From contig JBBRLJ010000019.1 of assembly GCA_038231435.1 (NCBI GenBank), forward strand, positions 1-64,000: a stretch of 64,000 nt of DNA, read 5' to 3'. Shown in pieces: positions 49,351 to 61,594 of this stretch; position 1 is the stretch's first letter; each line of letters opens with the position of its first letter. Origin of the DNA: Planctomycetota bacterium. Its GTDB lineage: Bacteria; Planctomycetota; UBA11346. A program made the position numbers and the translations under genes. The notes below the pieces were generated by a model that was not told the origin of the DNA, ran no database searches, and saw only the letters and a program-made list of their open reading frames with translations.

Positions 49351-49576
49351 GAGAATCTCTCTGACGGTGGAATATATCTGACGGTGACGGACTGGTGACG
49401 GTGGATGTGGGAGGTAGCAGGCGGATGCGGAGCGGACACCAGGGATACGTGCACGGCGGCACGTTGGATGCCGATCCTAGCCGACCTCCATGCCTAGCCA
49501 CCAGCGTTGGCTCCGAGCCGCACCGCCCGTCGTGCGGCCGCCTTGCCAGCAGGCCCCCAGCGATACCGTCGATCCC

Positions 49577-53614
<4,038 letters not shown>

Positions 53615-53708
53615 TGCTGGTACCATGGTCACCACGGTTGCATGGGCTCGCGGCGAGTCGCCAGGCGAGCGGCGGTCCTCGACCGCGCGGCTCGCTTACG
53701 CTGGACGT

Positions 53709-53960
53709 CTAGGTTGGATGCACGTCGGGATGGTTGGTCTTCACGCCGCGGATGTTGAGCGCCGCGAGGAAGACCTGCAGCACGATCAGTGCGTACGCTC
53801 CTTCGTGCCAGCCCCATGCCGCCCACATCAAGTTGCTCACCAGGAAGCACCAGAAGCCCCAAGTGCGTCGGCGTTTCCCGTGCGAGCCCACCAAGTAGGC
53901 GGCTACCACGCTCACGACCATCGCCGGCCATTGCAGCGATGCGATCCAATCCTCGGTCAT
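53709..53960 (-). CDS. Small membrane protein (3 hydrophobic segments)
   Basis: GGAG RBS; MTEDWIASLQWPAM...WGFWCFLVSNLMWAAWGW...LNIRG. Confidence 0.75.
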   Translation of the reverse strand: MTEDWIASLQWPAMVVSVVAAYLVGSHGKRRRTWGFWCFLVSNLMWAAWGWHEGAYALIVLQVFLAALNIRGVKTNHPDVHPT

Positions 53961-54273
53961 CGCGGGTCTCCGAAAAGCACCGTAGCGATGCAGCCGTGGA
54001 CAGTGGCCGCGGTTGACGGGATGTTGCACACCGCCAGAGTCCGCGCGCTCGATGAAGAATGCGCGCAGGCTCCGTGAATAGTGCCATAACATCAATGCGT
54101 GGATAATCTTATACATCCCTCTCCCGCCCTGGCACGGTTTGGCGGTGTGGCAAATCCGCGTGGTCCCTCCACGCGTATATGTTGGACAAGGACGTGGAAT
54201 TCCCCACAACCGTAGCCTCACATGTTGGTCCATTGACCACAAACCCCGGATTTTTCCGGCAAGGATTCACCTC

Positions 54274-54627
54274 ATGAAGATCACGAACCTCCTCCTCGTC
54301 GCCGCCGTCTCGGGCATCATGGCCGGCGCTTCCAGCGTCGCCTATGGCGAGGAAGGCTCCAAGCCGGCCGCCACGACCGCAGATGCGGCCGCCGCCGACA
54401 AGCATGGCTGCAAGGGCGCGAATGCCTGCAAGGGCAAGGGCGGCTGCAAGACCGACAAGAGCGATTGCGCCGGCAAGAACGATTGCAAGGGCAAGGGCGG
54501 CTGCGCCACTGCCAAGCACGACTGCAAGGCGAAGAACGATTGCAAGGGCCAGGGCAAGGGCGCCAAGAACGAGTGCAAGGCCAAGGGCGAATGCAAGACC
54601 GCCATGGCCACCGAGGTCAAGAAGTAG
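54274..54627 (+). CDS. Cys-rich secreted RiPP precursor (bufferin BufA2-like)
   Basis: Sec signal, then 10 Cys in repeats of C-K-G-x-N-x-C-K-G-x-G-G-C; directly upstream of a DUF692 gene. Confidence 0.85.
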   Translation: MKITNLLLVAAVSGIMAGASSVAYGEEGSKPAATTADAAAADKHGCKGANACKGKGGCKTDKSDCAGKNDCKGKGGCATAKHDCKAKNDCKGQGKGAKNECKAKGECKTAMATEVKK

Positions 54628-54669
54628 TCGATTCATGGCGCATCGATCATGATGCGCCCATGATGCGAC

Positions 54670-54711
54670 AAGCGGCGGCTTCGGCATGAGCCGGAGCCGC
54701 CGCTTTTTTTT
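54670..54711 (+). terminator. Intrinsic terminator
   Basis: AAGCGGCGGCTTCGGC-ATGA-GCCGGAGCCGCCGC followed by 8 T. Confidence 0.88.
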
Positions 54712-54735
54712 CAGGCAATCATCGACCGTCCGGGA

Positions 54736-55611
54736 GTGGCTATGGCTCGCGAGCCTACGAAATCATCCGCCCAACAGGCGACCAACCGCTTCGGACTGCC
54801 CGACCTCGGCATCGGTGTAGGCCTGCGCTCCGCGCATTACGGCCACATCCTCGACGAGGAGCCCGACGTCGCGTGGTTCGAGATCATCAGCGAGAACTAC
54901 ATGCAGACCGGCGGCCGACCGCTGCACGTGCTCGACCGGATCGCCGAACGCTATCCGATCGTCATGCATGGCGTGTCGCTGTCGATCGGCTCGAGCGACC
55001 CCGTCGACCGCGAGTACCTGGCGCAGTTGCGCGCCCTGCGCGATCGCGTCAAAGCCCCCTGGGTCTCCGACCATCTCTGCTGGACCGGCATCGCCGGCCG
55101 CAATTCCCACGATCTGCTGCCGATGCCCTACACCGAGGAGGCGCTCGCGCACACCGCCGCGAAGATCCGCCAGGTGCAGGACGCGCTCGGCGGCCCCTTG
55201 ATGCTCGAGAATCCCTCGACCTACATCGAGTTCACCGGCTCGACGATGAGCGAGTGGCAGTTCCTCAGCGCGCTGTGCGCTGAATCCGGAGCCGGATTGC
55301 TGCTCGACGTCAACAACGTCTACGTCAGCTCGCGCAATCACGGCTTCGACCCTAACTCCTATCTCGATGGCATTCCCTGGGATCGCGTCGTGCAGATCCA
55401 TGTCGCCGGCCACACCGACAACGGCACCCATTGCGTCGATACCCACATCGGGCCGGTGCCGCTCGCGGTGTGGGATGTACTGTCGGCCGCACGCAAGCGC
55501 TGCCGCGCGTCGATCCTGCTCGAATGGGACGCCGAGATCCCGTCATTCCCCGAGGTCCACGCCGAGGCGCTCAAGGCCGATGCTGCATTCTCAGAGGCGC
55601 CGCGCTCATGA
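54736..55611 (+). CDS. bufB: DUF692 multinuclear non-heme iron oxidative enzyme (MNIO)
   Basis: GVGLRSAHY, WFEIISENYM, HGVSLSIG, SDHLCW, HDLLP, ENPSTY, LLDVNNVYV, IHVAGH, DTH, LLEWD. Confidence 0.93.
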   Translation: MAMAREPTKSSAQQATNRFGLPDLGIGVGLRSAHYGHILDEEPDVAWFEIISENYMQTGGRPLHVLDRIAERYPIVMHGVSLSIGSSDPVDREYLAQLRALRDRVKAPWVSDHLCWTGIAGRNSHDLLPMPYTEEALAHTAAKIRQVQDALGGPLMLENPSTYIEFTGSTMSEWQFLSALCAESGAGLLLDVNNVYVSSRNHGFDPNSYLDGIPWDRVVQIHVAGHTDNGTHCVDTHIGPVPLAVWDVLSAARKRCRASILLEWDAEIPSFPEVHAEALKADAAFSEAPRS

Positions 55612-56642
55612 GCAGAAAATCTACCGCCGCGCCCCAGATCCCTGCTGGCCCGGCGCCGCGTGATGGCGGACCGACCGAAGCCTTCGTATTCGAGCGCGCG
55701 AGCGCCAGTCCAGTGGAGCCTGCGCCGGTGCGGCGCCGCTCCGCGAAGCCGCATCCGCCACGGCGCGTGAAGCTCGGTGGGGAGCCGAAATCCACACCGC
55801 TGTCCCCTTCGCTCGGCATCGCTCAGCGCTGGTTCCTCGACGTGGTCTCGCATCCGCTGAGCGTCGAAGCCGCGGTCGGCGACGGCGCGATCATGTCGAC
55901 GATCGGTGCCGCCTCGGCGGATGAGCTCGAACGCGTGGTCACCGCCGGGCCGCAGCTGTCGGCGCAGGAGCGCCTCGGCATCTACCATTACGCCTACCGG
56001 GCACGCCTGGTCGATTGCCTGGCCGACGATTTTCCCGCCGTGCAATACGTCCTTGGCGATGATGCCTTCGCTGGCCTGTGCCGTTCGGTGATCGCACGGC
56101 ATCCATCCGACGGGCCGAACCTCAATGCCTATGGCCGCAGGCTCGCGCAGTACTGCGCCGAGCGCGCCAAGCCGAGCCCGCGCGAACGCTTCGTGCGCGA
56201 ACTCGCCGAGCTCGAGTGGGCGATGGTCGAGGTCTTCCACGCGCACGCCGCGCCCACGTTCTCGCCCGAGGCCTTGCGCGCGATCCCCGCCGATCGCTGG
56301 GAGCACGTACGCCTGCGGCCGAGCCAGACGGTGCGCATCCTGGAGTTCACCCATCCGGTGAACCGCTTCTTCCAGGCCTGGCGAAGCGACCAGCAACCGG
56401 CCATCCCCGCGGCGACGTGGTCGGCCACTGCCGTCTATCGCCAGGGCTTCACCATCTGGCGCATGGATCTCACCCGGCCGATGGCTGATCTGCTGAAACG
56501 GCTGTGGGCCGGCGAAGCCCTTGGAGCCGCCCTCGAAGCCATCGCCGCGCAGGTCGAGGATCAGCAGCAGCTCGCGCAGAGCGTGATGCGCTGGTTCAGC
56601 GAGTGGGTTGCTGGAGGGATGTTCGCTTCTCTCGACCAGTAG
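55608..56642 (+). CDS. DUF2063 MNIO partner protein (BufC/HvfC-like)
   Basis: ERLGIYHYAYRARLVDCLADDFPAV..LG..AF, LNAYG, ELAELEWA; ATGA-coupled to the DUF692 gene. Confidence 0.85.
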   Translation: MSRKSTAAPQIPAGPAPRDGGPTEAFVFERASASPVEPAPVRRRSAKPHPPRRVKLGGEPKSTPLSPSLGIAQRWFLDVVSHPLSVEAAVGDGAIMSTIGAASADELERVVTAGPQLSAQERLGIYHYAYRARLVDCLADDFPAVQYVLGDDAFAGLCRSVIARHPSDGPNLNAYGRRLAQYCAERAKPSPRERFVRELAELEWAMVEVFHAHAAPTFSPEALRAIPADRWEHVRLRPSQTVRILEFTHPVNRFFQAWRSDQQPAIPAATWSATAVYRQGFTIWRMDLTRPMADLLKRLWAGEALGAALEAIAAQVEDQQQLAQSVMRWFSEWVAGGMFASLDQ

Positions 56643-56693
56643 TCAGCGACCAGTAGTCGGCTATGAGCGAGCGGCCATCAGTGAGCGGAAAGC

Positions 56694-57170
56694 TCAGGCC
56701 CTGGTCGCGGCTGGCGCGCCGGCGACTGGGCGCAGGCGCATCAGCAAGCGGTCGAGCGAGATCGCGCCGCCGCCGTGGACGAGCAGCCACAGCAGCAGCG
56801 CGATGAAGAGGAATTCCTGCATCGCGTAGAGGTCGCTCGCCGAGGCGATGTCGGCGCGCTTGGCGGTGACGATGGCCACGGCCATGATCACCATCAAGGG
56901 GATCGACGAGATGCGCGTGAACAGACCCGCCAGCAGGGTCGCGCCGAACACCAGCTCCGACGTCGCCGCCAGCGGAGCTTGGACTTCGGGCATGGGGATG
57001 CCGAGCGAACGGAAGTACTCGACCACCTTGCCCAGACCGTGCAGCTTTCCCCAGCCCGACTCGATGAACACCCAGCCGATCGCCACCCGCGCGACCAGCG
57101 GCGGCAGCCAGGCGATCCAACCCAGGAATCCAACGAGGCGGTCGTAGAGAGTGATCGTGCGTGCGTACAT
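56694..57170 (-). CDS. DoxX family membrane protein
   Basis: LVARVAIGWVFIESGWGKL, FRSLGIP, ELVFG..LLAGLFTR, GGGAISLD; start MYARTI. Confidence 0.9.
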   Translation of the reverse strand: MYARTITLYDRLVGFLGWIAWLPPLVARVAIGWVFIESGWGKLHGLGKVVEYFRSLGIPMPEVQAPLAATSELVFGATLLAGLFTRISSIPLMVIMAVAIVTAKRADIASASDLYAMQEFLFIALLLWLLVHGGGAISLDRLLMRLRPVAGAPAATRA

Positions 57171-57339
57171 GCGAACTCCGGATGGCGGATGGCGGATGCG
57201 GATGACTCGACGATCGTCTCGGTTCCAACCACGGGGTCCATAGCTTATCCACCGCTTCCTGCGCACGCAGCGGGCGCAAGAGCGATCGGCCATGGTCGGC
57301 ACGGTTGGGGTATACTTCCCGGCGCTGTCGAGGAACCGG

Positions 57340-59161
57340 ATGCCACCGAACGTTGCGGAAACCATCAGGATGCCGGCGCCAGATCCGGCCGTAGCGCAGA
57401 AGCGATGGCGCGAGACCGTGTCGGCAGCCCACCCTCCGGGGCAGACCATCGTCGTCGGAGCACTGGGCGCTTGCGGTCAGTCGGACGAATCGCCGCTGAA
57501 CCATGCGTCCGGAATCACGCTCGGACCCGAGTTGGGACGCGGCGGCTTCGGTGTCGTCAACGCCGCCACCCAGGAGGTCTTCGCCCGGCGCGTCGCGGTG
57601 AAGCGGCTGCTGAGCACCAACGCCGGAGACGAGGCCCGCAAGTTCTTCGCCGAGGCGATCGTCACCGCCAGCCTGCAGCATCCCAACGTCGTCCCGATCT
57701 ACGACCTCACGCTCGACGGCGACGGTCGCCTGCAGTTGGTGATGAAGTGCGTCGAGGGCGTGGCATGGAGCGACCTGCTCGACCCGAAGCGGCCCGAGCA
57801 TGCGAGCCGCGCGGCGCAGATGACGCGCGAGGACCATCTCGACATCCTGGTCAAGGTCTCCGACGCCGTGGCCTTCGCGCACGGGCGCGGCATCCTGCAC
57901 CGCGACCTGAAACCCGAGAACGTCATGGTCGGCGCCTACGGCGAGGTGCAGGTGATGGACTGGGGTTGCGCGGTCGCATTCGGAGACGCGCCGAACCACG
58001 TGGCCATCCCGCGCGTCGAGGCGATCTCCCAGATCGCGGGCACGCCGTCGTACATGGCCCCGGAGATGGCGATCGCCAATACCTCGGACGTCGGCCCGCA
58101 TACCGATGTCTACCTGCTCGGGGGCATCCTCTACGAGATCCTCACCGGCTCGCGGCCGCATCTCGCCGGAGACGTGTATGGCGTGCTCGCCCGGGTGATC
58201 GAGGGTCGTGTCGAACCGCCGAACGAGCGCGCGCCGGATCGTGGCATCCCCGACGAGCTGGCGTGGATCGCGATGGCGGCGCTCACCAAGGACCCGCGCG
58301 AACGCACCCCGAGCGTCGACGCCTTCGCCCGACAGGTGAAGGAGTACCGCGCCCACTCGCAGGCGATGCTCCTGGCCACGATCGCCAAGGAGCATCTCGA
58401 TTCCGCCCGCAGCGATCCGGATGGCGCCGAACATCGCCGGCACCTCGGTTCGCGATCTCTCAGCCATCGCTGGGATGCCCTTGCGGACGCTGAACGTGCT
58501 GGGCACGCGCATCACCGACTTTTCGCCGATCCGCGCCCTGCCGCTGACCCTGTTCTTCGCGAGCCACACTGCGTTCTCGGACACCCGGGTGCTCGCCGGC
58601 ATGCCGCTGAAGACCCTGTGGCTCGACGCCACCGGCATCGGCTCCATCCGCGAGGTGCATGGCATGCCATTGAGTCAGCTGAGCATCGGCTTCACGACGG
58701 TGGCCGATCTCGGCCCCCTTTCGGGCTGCACGACCCTGACCGACCTGACCATCCACGATACCCAGGTGGCCGACCTCAAGCCGCTGCGCGGGATGAAACT
58801 CGCCAAACTCGATGCCTCGGGAACGCGTATCTCAGACCTCGCTCCGCTCGCCGGCATGCCGTTGGCCAGTCTCGGCGTCGGCACGACGCGAGTGAAGGAC
58901 CTGTCGGCGCTCGCCGGCATGCCGCTCAGGCAACTGTCCGTCGATCATTGCGAGGTGACCGACTACGGACCTCTCGCGGCGTTCCCGCTCGAAGTCGTGA
59001 CCATCGGCCCGTTCAAGAACAAGTCCTACGCCGGAATCGACAAGCTGCGTCAGCATCCGACGCTCAAGACCATCGCGGTCTACTCCACGTCCAAGGAAGA
59101 ATGGATGCCGATGACGCCGCACGATTTCTGGATGAAGTACGACGCGCACGCACTCGAGTGA
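57340..59161 (+). pseudogene. Disrupted Ser/Thr kinase - leucine-rich-repeat gene (kinase 57340..~58428; LRR frame ~58428..59161)
   Basis: Complete RD kinase (LGRGGFG, VAVK, HRDLKPEN, MDWG, GTPSYMAPE). The frame becomes Arg-rich shadow after ARSDPDGA, while another frame starts mid-repeat with ~22-aa LRRs (GT.V.DL.PL.GMPL..L). Confidence 0.72.
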
Positions 59162-59444
59162 GGCGGGCGGCTCGCACAGCGCAGCGATGGCCCTCCCCCC
59201 TGCCCCGGTGCGGCAAGGGGGAGGGCGCCGGCGTGGATGCATCGGGCTGCGGTGGGGACCTCCAGGACCTCCGATCCGTGCGGTTCCGGTGATTCTATCC
59301 AATAGGGACTGGTTGCCCATGGCTGCGTGATCGGGCACTGGATCGGCATCCTCTGGGCGCCCTTGCGCGAGAGCGCGTCAGCCGCCGGATGCTCGGCACG
59401 CAAATTCGTTGGCGTTCGCAGGGATTCCGCCGTATTATCGCCGC

Positions 59445-59738
59445 GTGACCTCATCGTCGAAGATCTACATCGCCGGCGAGCTCCACCTCGACAACGGACA
59501 GCGCATTCCGGTCAAGCGCCACTACGACTACGAGTTCGGCTCTCCCGGCGGACGATCCTCGGGGCGGCTCGACGCGTTCACCGTGTTCGCCCCGTCCGAC
59601 GCCGCGGTACCGGCGGTGGGGGATGTCGGCACGCTGCTGCTCTTGAAGACCTTGTCGCGTGCGCGCGTGCGCGTGGACAGCGTGGATAGACTGGGGACCG
59701 AACTGCGCATCGTCGGCCATCCCGAGCCGAAGCCCTGA
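59445..59738 (+). CDS. Hypothetical protein
   Basis: Protein-like composition (KIYIAGELHLDNGQRIPVKRHY...); start uncertain. Confidence 0.5.
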   Translation: MTSSSKIYIAGELHLDNGQRIPVKRHYDYEFGSPGGRSSGRLDAFTVFAPSDAAVPAVGDVGTLLLLKTLSRARVRVDSVDRLGTELRIVGHPEPKP

Positions 59739-59789
59739 AGCGGATCCTACCGCTCGGGCGGCGAGACGGCTGATGGCCGCCGCGACCAG

Positions 59790-60632
59790 TCACTGATGCA
59801 CGATGGTCAAGAGCGTCTCACCCGTAGACCCGAACGAGGCGTCGACCGGTCGGAGGGACAGGGTGACCGGTACGACGGCGGTGGCGCCGATGCGCAGGCA
59901 GACGTCCTCGCGGAAGGCCACGCCGCTGCTCGCCCATCTCAGTCGGATATCCCGCCAGCTATCGGGCTCGCTGCGTGGCTCCACCATGCGCAGCACGCCG
60001 GCCGTGCTGTTCGGCGCGTTGCCTCCGAACAGCGCCGCGTAGGCCGGGTTGGCTTCGAGCAGTCCCCCGTCATTGGCGAAGATGCCGATCGCATGCGCGC
60101 TGCTGAGGCCGGCACGCTCCCATAGCCCGAGCCGAGCCCGCGAGCGGCGTTCCTCGGTGATATCCTCGACGAATCCTTCATACCACAGCACCGAGCCCGC
60201 GGCATCGCGGACCACGCGCGCCTTTTCGCGCACCCAGATGCGCGAGCGGTCCTTGCAACGCACCTCGGCCTCGAAGCCGGTGATGCTGTCCTGCTTGGTC
60301 AGCAGCCAGCGGAAGAGATTTCGTCGCTGTGGATCGACATAGAGCTGCTGGCCGATGTTGGTCATGCTGGCCATCAGCTCGTGCACCGAATCGTATCCGT
60401 ACATCATCGCGAGCGCGCGGTTGGCGATCAGGTAGGTGCCCTCGGCGCTGGTGCGAAAGATGCCTTCGATGGCGTTGTCGATCAGGCTGTGCAGGTCCGC
60501 TGTGTGCTCCCGTGGGGCGGTGCGCCCGGCGTATTTCGCCATCGCCGCCACATGATCATCGGCGCGGTCGGTGACGACGCTGGGCGGCCGGATACGACGC
60601 TCTGAGGACGGGCTGGGGGCGGTGGTGGCCAT
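59790..60632 (-). CDS. PAS domain protein without output domain
   Basis: LIDNAIEGIFRTSAEG..LIANRALA.MYGY...LYVDP...FEAEVRCKD.SRIWVRE.ARVVRD..G....YEG.VEDITE, followed by a second weaker PAS. Confidence 0.85.
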   Translation of the reverse strand: MATTAPSPSSERRIRPPSVVTDRADDHVAAMAKYAGRTAPREHTADLHSLIDNAIEGIFRTSAEGTYLIANRALAMMYGYDSVHELMASMTNIGQQLYVDPQRRNLFRWLLTKQDSITGFEAEVRCKDRSRIWVREKARVVRDAAGSVLWYEGFVEDITEERRSRARLGLWERAGLSSAHAIGIFANDGGLLEANPAYAALFGGNAPNSTAGVLRMVEPRSEPDSWRDIRLRWASSGVAFREDVCLRIGATAVVPVTLSLRPVDASFGSTGETLLTIVHQ

Positions 60633-60718
60633 GCGCGAATATACCCTGGATCCTATGCATAGCGGTTCAGCACCAGTGCTGCCACGCTAGACATTCGCCA
60701 GTGCAGACGCCGTGGATC

Positions 60719-61594
60719 TCAGCCGGATTTGCGCACCGACACCGAGACGCTCACGTCCTGGTGGCCGCCACCGATGATCACGCCCTTGATCGGGCTGACG
60801 TCGGCGAAATCCCGTCCGTAGGCCACCATCACATGCCTGACTCCGGCGATGCAGTCGTTAGTAGGATCGAGGTCTACCCAGCCGAGATCGCCGCAGTGCA
60901 GCGAGATCCAGGCATGCGAGGCATCCGCGCCAGTGAGCCTGGATCCGTCGCGCGACGATTCGGTCTCGACATAGCCGCTGACGTAGCGTGCCGCCAATCC
61001 GAGCGAGCGCAGACTCGAGATCGCCACATGGGCGAAGTCCTGGCATACTCCACGACCATCGCGCAGCACGTCATCGACCGGCGTAGAGATGGTGGTCACC
61101 CCTGCCTGGTAGGCGAAGCTGCGGTTGATGAAGGAATTGAATTCCACCGCCGCGTCGATGATGCGGCGCCGTGGCGTGAAGAATGTCGCCGCCAGCGCCG
61201 CGTACGCCGGCGCCACCGGAACCAGCGGCGACTCCGCCGAGAATTCGGCCGCGGACAGGTCGCCATCGGAATGCGGCGACGAGACCAGCTCGCGCGCATC
61301 CTCCCACGGAGGCGAAAGCTCCGCCGCGAGCGGCGAGGGATCGTCCACCTCCAACTCGCTGGTCGCCACCACTGTCAATCCGCAATGGGTTCCGCGCACT
61401 TCGAAGGAGCTCACGTGGTTGCCGAACCAGTCGTCGCGCCGGTGCCAGGACATAGGCGTCGGATCGACGGCCAGTCGGTGATCCAGCACCCGCTGCCTCG
61501 GAGTCCGGCGCGGCGTCAGGTGCATGAGGCTGCGCGATGACGAGGCGTTCTGGCTGTAAGCGAAGGCGGTGGAGTGCACGACCGAGTAACGCAT
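60719..61594 (-). CDS. Transglutaminase-like protein
   Basis: GVCQDFAH, ARYVSGY, ASHAW, DLDPTN, GRDFADVSPIKG. Confidence 0.92.
   Translation of the reverse strand: MRYSVVHSTAFAYSQNASSSRSLMHLTPRRTPRQRVLDHRLAVDPTPMSWHRRDDWFGNHVSSFEVRGTHCGLTVVATSELEVDDPSPLAAELSPPWEDARELVSSPHSDGDLSAAEFSAESPLVPVAPAYAALAATFFTPRRRIIDAAVEFNSFINRSFAYQAGVTTISTPVDDVLRDGRGVCQDFAHVAISSLRSLGLAARYVSGYVETESSRDGSRLTGADASHAWISLHCGDLGWVDLDPTNDCIAGVRHVMVAYGRDFADVSPIKGVIIGGGHQDVSVSVSVRKSG

Noticed and set aside
58430..59292. C-terminal third of the 666-aa kinase ORF
   Set aside because: Shadow frame of the LRR coding sequence.
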